Of a stretch of 64,000 nt of DNA, positions 27,156 to 43,608 are shown one piece after another (position 1 is the stretch's first letter; the number at the start of each line of letters is the position of its first letter). The notes below the pieces were generated by a model. The model made no database searches and was not told the origin of the DNA. It was given only the letters and a program-made list of their open reading frames with translations. The position numbers were made by a program, and so were the translations under genes. Origin of the DNA: Eledone cirrhosa. Lineage: Eukaryota. The stretch lies in the NCBI GenBank assembly GCA_964016885.1, contig OZ024754.1, positions 4,650,001 to 4,714,000 of the forward strand, read 5' to 3'.

Positions 27156-27640
27156 ACTATATGATGTAAACAATATATTAGGTTGTAACATAACTTCATG
27201 CCGTTTTTTTTTAAATAAACAAATTATGACAGCGGCGGGAAATTATGTTACAACCCAATATAGTGCCTCCAGTCTCAGTTCCTTTTATTTATACATGATA
27301 ATATTTGTGCCTTGTTATTTATTATAAACACGATGTCATCACATTTCTCTATATTCAGAGATTTCATTGGTTTAAAATAAATAAGATAGCAAGGCTGGAA
27401 TTATCTCCCCTGATTCGATTATGTTTATATCCGAGGTCGATAAAATAAAGTACCAATCAATCAAGTAGTGGTATAGGTATAATCGATTATATCACCTTGA
27501 CGAAATGTGAATCGCTGTGCCATTGTAAAAAGGTATCATCATCATAAAACTAATATTCTGTTTAAACAGCCAGGTCTTATGTCAATCGACTTTCCCTCCC
27601 CCCGAAATTGTTGGCCTTGTACCTAAATAAGAATGATGAA

Positions 27641-27966
27641 TTGGCAGTATCGGTAAAGGTTCGGTGGCCATGTTTTGAGGCATTGAGTTACGGCCCTTTA
27701 TTATCTGAGTTTAAATCCCGCCGAGGTTAACTTTTCCTTTCATCCTTACGGGGTCGATAAAATAAAGTACCAGTAATGCACTGGGGTCGATTAATCGACT
27801 TTCCCCTCCCCCCGAAAATTACTGGCCTTGTGTCTATATGAGAAACAATTATTATTATTATTATTATTATTTGTATAAGGTCGGTGGTTTGGCAGTATCA
27901 TCAGACACCATGCTTTGCACCATAGTTATGGCCCTTTACGTTCGGAGTTCAAATCCACCGAGGTTA
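27641..27966 (+). mobile_element. SINE family 1 copies (27641-27850 full, 27876-27966 5' part)
   Basis: A/B boxes, central domain and (ATT)n tail. Confidence 0.85.
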
Positions 27967-27989
27967 GCACAATGCTGTTAGCCCAATAC

Positions 27990-29575
27990 AATGCACACTG
28001 TAAAGTGGTACTACTGGTGCCATGATATAATACATCCAGTCCACACTGTAAAGTGGTACTACTGGTGCCATGATATAATACAGCCAGTCCACACTGTAAA
28101 GTGGTACTACTGGTGCCATGATATAATACAGCCAGTCCACACTGTAAAGTGGTACTGTTGGTGCCATGATATAATACAGCCAGTCCACACTGTAAAGTGG
28201 TACTACTGGTGCCATGATATAATACAGCCAGTCCACACTGTAAAGTGGTACTACTGGTGCCATGATATAATACAGCCAGTCCACACTGTAAAGTGGTACT
28301 GCTGGTGCCATGATATAATACATCCAGTCCACACTGTAAAGTGGTACTACTGGTGCCATGATATAATACAGCCAGTCCACACTGTAAGGTGGTACTGTTG
28401 CTGCCATGATATAATACAGCCAGTCCACACTGTAAAGTGGTACTACTGGTGCCATGATATAATACATCCAGTCCACACTGTAAGGTGGTACTGTTGCTGC
28501 CATGATATAATACAGCCAGTCCACACTGTAAAGTGGTACTACTGGTGCCATGATATAATACAGCCAGTCCACACTGTAAAGTGGTACTACTGGTGCCATG
28601 ATATAATACATCCAGTCCACACTGTAAAGTGGTACTGTTGGTGCCATGATGAAATACAGCCAGTCCACACTGTAAAGTGGTACTACTGGTGCCATGATAT
28701 AATACAGCCAGTCCACACTGTAAAGTGGTACTGTTGGTGCCCTGATATAATACAGCCAGTCCACACTGTAAAGTGGTACTACTGGTGCCCTGATATAATA
28801 CAGCCAGTCCACACTGTAAAGTGGTACTACTGGTGCCCTGATATAATACAGCCAGTCCACACTGTAAAGTGGTACTACTGGTGCCCTGATATAATACAGC
28901 CAGTCCACACTGTAAAGTGGTACTACTGGTGCCCTGATATAATACAGCCAGTCCACACTGTAAAGTGGTACTACTGGTGCCCTGATATAATACAGCCAGT
29001 CCACACTGTAAAGTGGTACTACTGGTGCCCTGATATAATACAGCCAGTCCACACTGTAAAGTGGTACTACTGGTGCCCTGATATAATACAGCCAGTCCAC
29101 ACTGTAAAGTGGTACTACTGGTGCCCTGATATAATACAGCCAGTCCACACTGTAAAGTGGTACTGTTGGTGCCATGATGAAATACAGCCAGTCCACACTG
29201 TAAAGTGGTACTACTGGTGCCCTGATATAATACAGCCAGTCCACACTGTAAAGTGGTACTACTGGTGCCCTGATATAATACAGCCAGTCCACACTGTAAA
29301 GTGGTACTGTTGGTGCCATGATGAAATACAGCCAGTCCACACTGTAAAGTGGTACTACTGGTGCCCTGATATAATACAGCCAGTCCACACTGTAAAGTGG
29401 TACTGTTGGTGCCATGATGAAATACAGCCAGTCCACACTGTAAAGTGGTACTACTGGTGCCATGATGAAATACATCCAGTCCACACTGTAAAGTGGTACT
29501 GTTGGTGCCATGATATAATACAGCCAGTCCACACTGTAAAGTGGTACTACTGGTGCCATGATGAAATACAGCTGG
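27990..29575. repeat. 48-bp minisatellite CCAGTCCACACTGTAAAGTGGTACTACTGGTGCC(A/C)TGATATAATACAG, ~33 copies
   Basis: Direct inspection; this explains the 531-aa and 534-aa ORFs. Confidence 0.97.
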
Positions 29576-29931
29576 TATACGTCACGATGTGGTAAACTTG
29601 AAGTAGTGCATCAAGTCGTAGAATTTATGCCAGAATGGAATGTATGAGCAATACGTGGTCATCTGACCTCAGTCTAACCACAGGAGGCAACAGCTCGTTT
29701 AAAGCATGAAAAATAGACCTTAAACGGTGATGATGAAGATGTTATTAATAATAATGATGATGATGATGACTATCCACTCCCCCCGCCAAAGAAAGAAAAC
29801 AACAAAGAAAATATTCTGGAACACTGGTTTAAATGTTTGCAATACATTGCAATCTTATATACAAAGACATCGAGAGGTTCCATCTAAATAAACCTCACGT
29901 GTGGAAGTATGGGTTGCTGTGGGGCAAGATA

Positions 29932-30365
29932 TACAGAGAGAGAACAAGGGGGACGTGAGAGAGAGAGAGAGCGAGAGAGAGAGCAACAGAGAGAGAGAGA
30001 GAGAGAAATAGCAAGAGGGAATGAGAGAGAGAGAGCAACAGAGAGAGAGTGAGAAAGAGCAAGAGGGAATGAGAGAGAGAGAGCAACAGAGAGAGAGTGA
30101 GAAAGAGCAAGAGGGAATGAGAGAGAGAGCAACACAGAAAGAAAGAGAGAGAGAGAGCAACGGGATGTGTGCGAGAGAGAGAGAGAGGGAACGAAAGAGA
30201 AGGAATAAGAGAGAAAGAGAGAATGAGAGAGACAGACAGAGACACAAAGACAGAGAAAGAGAGAGCAACAGAGCGGCAGAGAAAGAAGCAGAGCGAGAAA
30301 GAGAGAGAGCAACAGAGAGGCAGAGAAAGAGAGAGCAACAGAGCGAGAGAGAGTCAGAGAGAGAC
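29932..30365. repeat. (GA)n compound repeat
   Basis: Direct inspection. Confidence 0.9.
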
Positions 30366-30678
30366 GCACGCAAGTAAGGACAGCAACTATGTTTAACAGT
30401 GCTCCTGTAAGATGCGGGTGTTCGGGTTGCTAAGCTATGCAACTCATTACAAAGGGTGGGGCTTCTAGCCTTCCATATCAAACAGAAACAGAGAAAGAAC
30501 TAGTTGAAATGCTGTTAGCTAATTTAAAAACCAGCGAAATATGCAGTCGTAAGGCCGTTTTTTTTTTTCGGCTTGTTTTTATTGCATTTTTCTTCTATTT
30601 TTAGTGGTTGTTGGGTTTTTGTGTGTGTGTGTGTGTGTTTTAAGGGGAATTTTCGTTAGTTGTATTATATTTATTTCA

Positions 30679-30720
<42 letters not shown>

Positions 30721-31335
30721 ATATATATATAGATACATATAGATATATACATATATATATACGTACATATGTGTATGTACGTATATATATGTATATATAC
30801 GTATATATATGTATATATATATATGTATATGTACGTATATATATAGATGTATATGTACGTATATATATAGATGTATATGTACGTATATATATGTATATAT
30901 ATATGTGTATATGTACGTATATATATGTATATATATGTATATGTACGTATATATATGTATATATATATGTGTATATGTACGTATATATATGTATATATAT
31001 GTATATGTACGTATATATGTATATGTACGTATATATATATGTATATGTGTATATGTACGTATATATATGTATATATATGTATATGTACGTATATATATAT
31101 GGACGCATATATATGTATATATGGACGCATATATATGTATATATGTACGTATATATATATGTATATATATATATATATATGTAGATGTACGTATATATAT
31201 GAATATATGTACGTATATATATGAATATATGTACGTATGTATATATGTATATGTATATATATATATGTATATGTATATATGTATATGTATATATGTATAT
31301 GTATATATATATATGTATATGTATGTATATATATG

Positions 31336-31374
<39 letters not shown>

Positions 31375-31506
31375 GTATATATATAATAAACAACATAAAA
31401 ATGGAATAATTGCTGTATGTATATGTCCGGGAGAGATGACCCCTTAGCCTTTGTCAAGGCAGAATTCTAAGAGAAGGAAAACTCTGATATAACACCTGCA
31501 ACCCTG

Positions 31507-31839
31507 ATGGTATCCAATGATGTTGACTTGTTCTTCTTTTTGGTAAATATCATCTTGGTTAAGAGAGTGGGACTGGCTTTGTGCAGTGCCTTTGCTCACT
31601 ATAAAAGCTTCACAGCACAGGCATTGCTTTATATCTGGAGATCTCTCTGCACTTGTCGTCACATGGTACCATGGGCCCTGCACTATGTGTCAGTAATTGT
31701 CACAAGTGTAGTGTTTGTACCAGAGTTTACAAGTCGCTGGCTGGACTAAAAAGTCACAGTTGTTCAGCGCATCGGTAGGGGTTCTCCTACATGGATATAA
31801 AGTAGTGGCCGTACTCGAAAACGAGTTGGCAGCCACCAT
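31507..31839 (+). mobile_element. RTE-clade 3' fragment, inverted near-identical copy of 22923-23254
   Basis: Both translate MVSNDVDLFFFLVNIILVKRVGLALCSAFAHYKSF... Confidence 0.8.
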
Positions 31840-35230
<3,391 letters not shown>

Positions 35231-35514
35231 GTGAATGCAAACATACTTAGACATATATGCATTTATCCGTACGTACATACGTACACACGTACACACATAC
35301 ACTCACACACACACACACACACACACACATAAACACACACACACACATAAACACACACACACACACACACACACACAAAGCTTCCAGACAAGCAGACCGA
35401 TAGACAGACAACTGCTCCCATTGCGGGGAAATTTGGCAAGTTGCGTGTCTGTCTGAGAATTACGTGAACCAGTTTCCGTTCGCTGAGTTACATTATCATT
35501 TCACATATTACAGA

Positions 35515-36170
35515 AGCCAGTAATCGGTAGAGCGTCGGACATGTTTTACGGCATATAGTTACGACCCTTTACGTTATGAGTTCAAATCGCACCGAAGTTA
35601 GCTTTGCCTTTCATCCTTGAGGGGTCTGGTCGATAAATAAAGTACCAGTAATACGCTGGGTCAGTTTAACCGACTTTCCTTCTCCCTCCCAAAATTGCTG
35701 GCTTTGTGCCTAAATCAAAAATCATTATCATTAGGATAATATTATTGTTAATATTATTATTGATATTATTGATAATATTATTATAATTATTATTATTATT
35801 AAGGGTAGAGGGTCGGATGCCATGTTTTGCAGCATAGAGTTATGGCCCTTTATGGTCTGAGTTCAAATCCGGCCGAGGTTAATTTTGCCATTCATTTTTA
35901 CGGGGTCGATAAAATAAAGTACCAGTAATACACTGGGATAATTGCTGGCCTTGTGCCAGAAGTAGAAACAATTATTGATATTATGACGGTGGATTACAAA
36001 TATCGGTAGAGCGTCGGACAATAGGCGTTGCGGCATATTGTTATGGCCCTTTACGTTCTAAATTCAAATCGCGCAGAAGTTAGTTTTACCTTTCATATTT
36101 ACAGGTTCGATAAAACAAAGTACCAGTAACGCATTGGGGTCGATTTAAGCGACTTTCCCCTCCTCCGAAA
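35515..36170 (+). mobile_element. Three tandem SINE family 1 copies
   Basis: GTTCAAATC-like B boxes at ~35580, 35860 and 36062, each followed by the central domain. Confidence 0.85.
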
Positions 36171-36217
36171 TATATACCAGGATAGAACCAGTTTTAAACT
36201 AGTTAGACTATTACTCA

Positions 36218-36374
36218 ACAGAGTACTCGATACTTGGGATAGCAGAGTGTGACTATATTGGAAAGAATCGAGGCCCGACGGCTGAGCTCTTGCCGTTTCA
36301 ACGGCTAGTTCCAGAATCTTACTAGCTGTTGTAACGGCAAGAGCTCAGTAGACGAACCCCGACTCTTTCTAATA
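36218..36374. mobile_element. Diverged palindromic PLE family A end
   Basis: CCCGACGGCTGAGCTCTTGCCGTTTCAACGGCTAG and its inverse. Confidence 0.7.
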
Positions 36375-36419
36375 TATATATATATACTGAGTTTGCATGG
36401 GACCACCCATGTAAACTCG

Positions 36420-36505
36420 CATATCTGAAGAGGTGTCGATAAAGAGTCGGGATCCGATCGCCTGATCAAACCCGAGCTGATCGATATCGAAACAATTGTA
36501 ATATG
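36420..36505 (+). ncRNA. Canonical type I hammerhead ribozyme with extended stem II
   Basis: CAUAU-CUGAAGA-GGUGUCGAU...AUCGAUAUC-GAA-ACAAUUGU-A-AUAUG; GUA site at 36498-36500; AATAAA at 36507. Confidence 0.85.
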
Positions 36506-36767
36506 AAATAAAGTCTCATAACAAACTACGAATCTGACTTCCTATTATCACAATATACATACAGACATACAGACACTTTAAATTAAAAAACAGACTTAAA
36601 GACTCGCGTTAAACCCCTATAATTCTCTCATCTATAACCCCTGATCATTGTTCCTTGGTTACTGGAATCAACTCCTTACCAATTCCAAAGTTGAATTCCT
36701 TGATATAAATTGGCATCTTTTAGATTTGGCTTTTTTCTTTGTTTCTACAACGACTATATATCTGGTG

Positions 36768-37090
36768 AAGGCGTGTGGCTTTCTGGTTAAGGTAGTCGGC
36801 TCACAATCGTAAGGTCTCGAGTTGGATTCCCGGTGGTGCATTGTGTCCTTCAGCAAGACACTTTATTTCACGTTGCTCCAGTCCACTCAAGTGGCAGAAA
36901 TGAGTTTCTACCTGTAATTCTTAGGGTCAGCTTTGTCACATTCTGTATCACGCTGAATCTCCCTGAGAACTACGTTAAGGGTACGCGTGTCTGTGGAATG
37001 TTCAACCACTTGTGCGTTAATTTCTCAAGCAGACTGTTCTATTGATCGGTACAACTGGAACACTCATCGTCGTAACCGACGGGGTGCCGG
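36768..37090 (+). mobile_element. tRNA-derived SINE family 2 (CORE-like), near full length
   Basis: tRNA-like head GGCGTGTGGCTTTCTGGTTAAG...GAGTTGGATTCCC, then GTGTCCTTCAGCAAGACACTTTATTT; related pieces at 40688-40988, 61000-61203 and 61692-61797. Confidence 0.85.
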
Positions 37091-37096
37091 TTCATA

Positions 37097-37176
37097 TTGG
37101 GTCGTCAGGTATGAAATTTGTAGTGAGGCATATGGTCATATGTTTTATTTCTACAAATTTCATACTTGACACCCAA
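37097..37176. mobile_element. 80-bp palindromic mariner-type MITE flanked by TA
   Basis: TTGGGTCGTCAGGTATGAAATTTGTAG...CTACAAATTTCATACTTGACACCCAA, with TA at 37095-96 and 37177-78. Confidence 0.75.
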
Positions 37177-37518
37177 TATATCAGGTAGTATTAGGGAACT
37201 GGCGAATGGACACTCAGTACCATAGTAGGGATTCATAGATTATTGAGGCCGATTCAGTGCCCTTTACACTGGAGTTTCCCCCAGCGTGGTGTACCGTCAC
37301 CCTAGTCCTAAACTGAATGACGATGGGGGTTGGCTGGATGTTTGTGTAGAAGAGAAAGCGAAAAATTAGATGGACCCCCCCCCCCACTGAAGTATATATA
37401 TGTGTGTCTGTGTGTGTCTGTGTGTGTCTGTGTGTGTGTGTGTATATATATATATAGAGAGAGAGAGAGATATAGATAGTTTTACGTTTTATATAGGAAA
37501 GGGAGTACATATATATAC

Positions 37519-37552
<34 letters not shown>

Positions 37553-38582
37553 GTCTGTATGAGTGTATATGTATTTGTCTATATATGTATGTCTGTATAA
37601 GTGTATATGTATTTGTCTATATATGTATGTCTGTATAAGTGTGTATATGTTTGTCTATATATATATATGTGTATATATATATAAATATATTGTGTATATA
37701 TGTATGTCTGTATGAGATGTATTTATATATATATGTCTGTACGAGAGTGTGTATGTATTCATATATATATATATATATATGTCTGTTTGAGAGTGTATAT
37801 GTATTTGTCTATATATATGTCAGTATGAGAGTGTATATATTTGTCTATATATAATTTTCTGTCAATTTCTAGCTTCTATATTCTCTCACTATTGACTTTG
37901 TTTTATGATATTTTTCTGAATTCAGCGAAGAAGAAAAAAGGGGTAAAAAACAACCCTTAAAATTCTTCCTATATCTATCTGCCCAGAAAAAAAAAAGTGA
38001 ATTAGTCAAGTGGGTTGCTTATCATTCGAGTGAGCAAGCTACTTGAGGCGGAGTGGGGGGTCAAAATATAGGTAAGCCGAGCACTGAGAGAAGTCATTTC
38101 AGTTTGTAGCACTTGACCTAATCATATTTTCTTGGGGCAGGGGATCTTGAATTCCTTCGACTGGCTAGTCCAGGGGGAGAATTGCTGTTGGGTGGGTGAG
38201 AAATTTCAGTAGGCGTACAAGAATAGGAACAAAACAGGGGTTTCAGAACAGCTGTTGCTGTCGTCCTAGTCGTTATGTTTTTACTAATGTTAACTACAGT
38301 TGATATTGATGTTGCTACTGTTGCTGCTGCTGCTGCTGTTATTGTTGTTGTTGTTGTTGTTGTTGATATTGTTGCTGCTGCTGCTGCTGCTGTTGTTGAT
38401 ATTGTTGCTGCTGTTGTTGTTGTTGTTATTTTTGGTGTTTTTGTTGTTGTTTTTGTTGTTTTTATTATTGCATTATCACCATGACTCGAATATATTTCGT
38501 TCTGACATGACAACTGATGAATGTATATATGAATATATATATATAGTGGGAAATACATAGATATGTTTATATATTGTACACC

Positions 38583-38629
<47 letters not shown>

Positions 38630-38785
38630 ATTGGTACTCTGAAATAGCGATGTATACATGAATCTATGTATAGTATATTTGGTAATATACCGTATGTTTA
38701 ATTTAAAACATTTAGAAGACCATACGCTATCAGTTTTAAAGTAGTGACAATGTCACTTACTTCTTTTCGGTGAAAGAAGGGGAGA

Positions 38786-38827
38786 AGCTGACAGTCTGTT
38801 TCACGCTGGTTGCCGTTCATCAGAGCC
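38786..38827 (-). ncRNA. Minimal type I hammerhead ribozyme
   Basis: GGCU-CUGAUGA-ACG GCAACCAG CGU-GAA-ACAGACUGU-C-AGCU; canonical core and GUC site. Confidence 0.8.
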
Positions 38828-39007
38828 ACGTACTGTCACTATGTTGGAGACGTAAACAGTGAGGGTGGAGTGAGACATCTAGCGAAAGTTTCTTCGTCTG
38901 ATTCGATCGGAATATCGACTGTGACTAGTTGAGATATATTGACTCATGGTGAAACAGAACTGTGATCAAACTCCATAGTGTGTGCTTTGTGGGAAATGCA
39001 CAGAGTT

Positions 39008-39440
39008 ACCGCCAAGGTTAACTTTGCCTTTCATCCTTACGGGGTCGATAAAATAAAGTACCAGTCACGCACTGGGGTCGATTTAATCGACTTTCCCCTC
39101 CCCCCAAATTACTGTCTTGTGCCTATACTAGAAATCATTATTATTATTATTATTGCGCGGTGGATTGGCAGTTTCGGTAGAGGGTCGGACGCCATGCTTT
39201 GACGCATAGAGTTACGGCCCTTGCCATTCTGAGTTCAAATCCCACCAGTGTTAACTTTGCCTTTCATCCTTATGGGGTCGATAAAATAAAGTACCAGAAA
39301 TACACTGGATAATTGCTGGCCTTGTGCCAAAAGTAGAAACAATTATTATTATTATTATTATTGCGACATAGAGTTGCGGCCCTTTACGTTCTGACTTCAA
39401 CTCCCGCCGAAGTTAGCTTTCCCTTTCATCTTTACGGGGG
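39008..39440 (+). mobile_element. Three SINE family 1 copies or fragments with (ATT)n tails
   Basis: Full copy at 39156-39345. Confidence 0.85.
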
Positions 39441-39939
39441 TGATTAATAATAATAGCGAGTCATGAGCGAGGTATTTGCAAAACCGTTTTGGTGGTAGTA
39501 GCTGTTGTGGTGATGTTAGCAGTAGTAGTGGTGGTGGTGGTGGTGGTGGTGGTATTATTGATGGTGGTGGTGGTAGTAGTAGTAGTAGTAGTTGTAGTAG
39601 TGATGGTGGTAGTAGTAGTTGTAGTAGTGATGGTGGTAGTAGTAGTAGTAATGGTGTTAGTAGAAGAAAGAACTAAAGGAGAACAGGTGTTTGAAATTAA
39701 ATGTTATTTGAGGACTAATCCCATGGACCCTAAAATGCAATTGGTAGGGTCCTGAAGGAGTTCTAGTAAAACACTTAGGGGTCTATGTTATTGCTGGGCT
39801 TAATAACTAACCAATCTGTAGACATGTGTGATAGCAACTGGAATTGGTAAATGAAGAAATCTTATCAAAGTTCTCCATCTCTCAATCTCTTGCTCGGCCG
39901 ATCTCTCGTTGATGGTGTGCAACGTGTGGTAGCTTAGTG

Positions 39940-40547
39940 TGTATATGTGTGTGTATGTATATATATATATATATATATATGTACGTGTGTGTGTATGTAT
40001 ATATGTTTATGTATGTATATGTGTATGTATATATATGTATATATTTATGTATATGTGTATGTATATGTATGTATATGTATATATATATGTATATATGTAT
40101 GTATAGGTATATGTATATGTATATATATGTATGTATATATATGTATATATATATGTATGAATATGTATATGTATGTATATGTATATATATATATGTATGA
40201 ATATGTATATGTATGTATATGTATATATATATATATGTATATAGTTGTATATGTATATATATGTATATGTATATAAGTATATGTATATGTATATAAGTAT
40301 ATGTATATATGTATATGTATATATATATAGGTATATGTATATATATATAGGTATATGTATATATATATAGGTATATGTATATATATATATATATAGGTAT
40401 ATGTATATATATATATATATATATAGGTATATGTATATATATGTATATGTAAATATATGTATATATATAGGTATATGTATATATATGTATATGTAAATAT
40501 ATATATATATAGGTATATGTATATATATATATATATATATATGTAAA

Positions 40548-40591
<44 letters not shown>

Positions 40592-40643
40592 TATATGTAT
40601 ATATATGTATATGTAAATATATATATGTATATATATGTATATG

Positions 40644-40676
<33 letters not shown>
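39940..40676. repeat. TA/TATG microsatellite tract
   Basis: Direct inspection. Confidence 0.95.
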
Positions 40677-40678
<2 letters not shown>

Positions 40679-40997
40679 GTGGGGGAACAGTATGGCCGAA
40701 TGTTTAAGAGGTTCACTTCGCAATCATTAGATCCGTATATTTTGGGCATCTTGTCATTGTGAGGGAAACTGGTTCAACAGAACCCGTTTGGAAGCCCTCA
40801 AATGGTGTGTGTCTGCAATTGAAAGGGTTAAACTTCGTCACAAAATGTATCATGCTGAATCTCTGAGAGTTATTTTATGGGTGCACATGTCTGTGGAATA
40901 CTCAGCCAATTGCATGCTAATTTCATGAACAGGTTGTTCTGTTGATCGAGCAACTGGAGCTTTCATCCTCGAAACCGACGGAAATCCATTTCTTGTA

Positions 40998-41924
40998 TAG
41001 CGTCGGTTGAAACGTTCATAGGATGATTATGAAGGAATGATGCTAGAGTTGTGTAATCTTGCATGCATTAATTTTAACTCGTATTAAAACCTACAATGTT
41101 TCTTTCCAGGAACTTTGTTAAAAAATAAACCTCATTTGGTCATTCCATGAGAGTATCTTGGCCATAGTCTGACTATGAAAAAGTGATGCTAGGGCTGTGA
41201 AATCTTGCATGCATTAATTTTAACTCGTATTAAAACCTACATTGTTTCTTTCCAGGAACTTTGTTAAAAAATAAACCTCATTTGGTCATTCCATGAGAGT
41301 ATCTTGGCCATAGTCTGACTATGAAAAAGTGATGCTAGGGCTGTGAAATCTTGCATGCATTAATTTTAACTCGTATTAAAACCTACATTGTTTCTTTCCA
41401 GGAACTTTGTTAAAAAATAAACCTCATTTGGTCATTCCATGAGAGTATCTTGGCCATAGTCTGACTATGAAAAAGTGATGCTAGGGCTGTGAAATCTTGC
41501 ATGCATTAATTTTAACTCGTATTAAAACCTACATTGTTTCTTTCCAGGAACTTTGTTAAAAAATAAACCTCATTTGGTCATTCCATGAGAGTATCTTGGC
41601 CATAGTCTGACTATGAAAAAGTGATGCTAGGGCTGTGAAATCTTGCATGCATTAATTTTAACTCGTATTAAAACCTACAATGTTTCTTTCCAGGAACTTT
41701 GTTAAAAAATAAACCTCATTTGGTCATTCCATGAGAGTATCTTGGCCATAGTCTGACTATGAAAAAGTGATGCTAGGGCTGTGAAATCTTGCATGCATTA
41801 ATTTCAACTCTTCTTATTAGTCCCTGGAAAGAAACAATGCAGTTATTATGTTAAAAAATAAACCTCATTTGGTCATTCCACGAGAAGATCTTGCTCAGCT
41901 TATAAACCTTTAAGCCAACCCTCG
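40998..41924 (+). mobile_element. Mariner-type MITE whose interior is amplified into a 146-bp tandem array (~6 units)
   Basis: TIR-like ends TA-TAGCGTCGGTTGAAA and GCCAACCCTCG-TA; GCATGCATTAATT recurs at 41061, 41207, 41353, 41499, 41645 and 41791. Confidence 0.8.
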
Positions 41925-42374
41925 TATATGTACGAGTGTTTGAGTAGTCTGCTTATAAACGGTTTAACCTGTAGCTCTACACATATATATGTTAACCACG
42001 TGTGTATATTACTGTGATAGCTGCCAGTTTTTTTGATTTATAATGTGTTTGGGGTGTGTTTATTTTATATTTTCTGAAATTTTTCAAGCCACTTATCTTC
42101 ACTAATTGATATATTTCCCTTTTAAAGTGGTGGACGGCGAGAGCCACTCTTTTAAGGAGAAAGCAAATAATTGCTATTATTTTACTCTGTTATTTTCACT
42201 GTTTGCAGACATTAGACTGCGGCCATACTGGGGCACCGGTCTGATAAGTTTTGCTAGATCATAATGATCCCAGTACAAATCTTTTTATCAAGTTTTGTAC
42301 TTATCGATTTTATTTTGTCAACCGCTAGGTTACATGCTATAAAAGACACACATGTAAACACACACAGACATATC

Positions 42375-42378
<4 letters not shown>

Positions 42379-42469
<91 letters not shown>

Positions 42470-42578
42470 CTCTATATATATATATATCTCTATATATATA
42501 TATATCTATATATATATATATATCTATATATATATATATATCTATATATATATATATATATCTCTATATATATATATA

Positions 42579-42639
<61 letters not shown>

Positions 42640-42864
42640 ATATATATATATATATCTATATATATATATATATATATATATATCTATATATATATCTATA
42701 TATATATCTATATATATATATATATCTATATATATATCTATATATCTATATATATCTATATATATATATATATCTATATATATATATATATATATATATA
42801 TCTATATATATCTATATATATATATATATCTATATATATATATATATCTATATATATATATATA

Positions 42865-42927
<63 letters not shown>

Positions 42928-43324
42928 ATATATATATCTATATATATATCTATATATCTATATATATATATATATCTATATATATATATATATATATCTA
43001 TATATATATATATATCTATATATATATATATATATATCTATATATATATATATATATATATCTATATATATATATCTAGATAAATCTACCAAGAGTTTAC
43101 GGTAGTGTCCAATCCGTATGAAGAACCTATATATATCTATATATATATATATCTATATATATATCTATATATATATATATCTATATATATATCTATATAT
43201 ATATATATCTATATATATATATATCTATATATATATATATCTATATCTATATCTATATATATATCTATATATATCTATATCTATATATATATCTATATAT
43301 ATCTATATCTATATATATATATAT
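42379..43324. repeat. (CT)n then (TA)n/TCTA tract
   Basis: Direct inspection. Confidence 0.95.
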
Positions 43325-43561
43325 AGTTAAATATTAGACAGGAACAAAAATCAGAAAGGCAGTACAAATGGTAGTTTATTAGGTTCACGCTTTTGTGAGG
43401 GGGGGGGGGGGGTATATATATATAGTGTGTGTACACGAGGTTTGTTCTAAAAGTATGTCTATTCTTTTATTCCTGTAACCCTTTCAACCAATATTCTTGT
43501 TCGTATATTGTTATATTGACTCTTAGAAAACAATGAAATCTCGAAAAGTGAAATATGTGTG

Positions 43562-43608
<47 letters not shown>

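Noticed and set aside
38510-38550. CTGATGA candidate (also 11100 CTGAAGA and 44059 CTGATGA)
   Set aside because: No properly placed GAAA, stem III or stem I.
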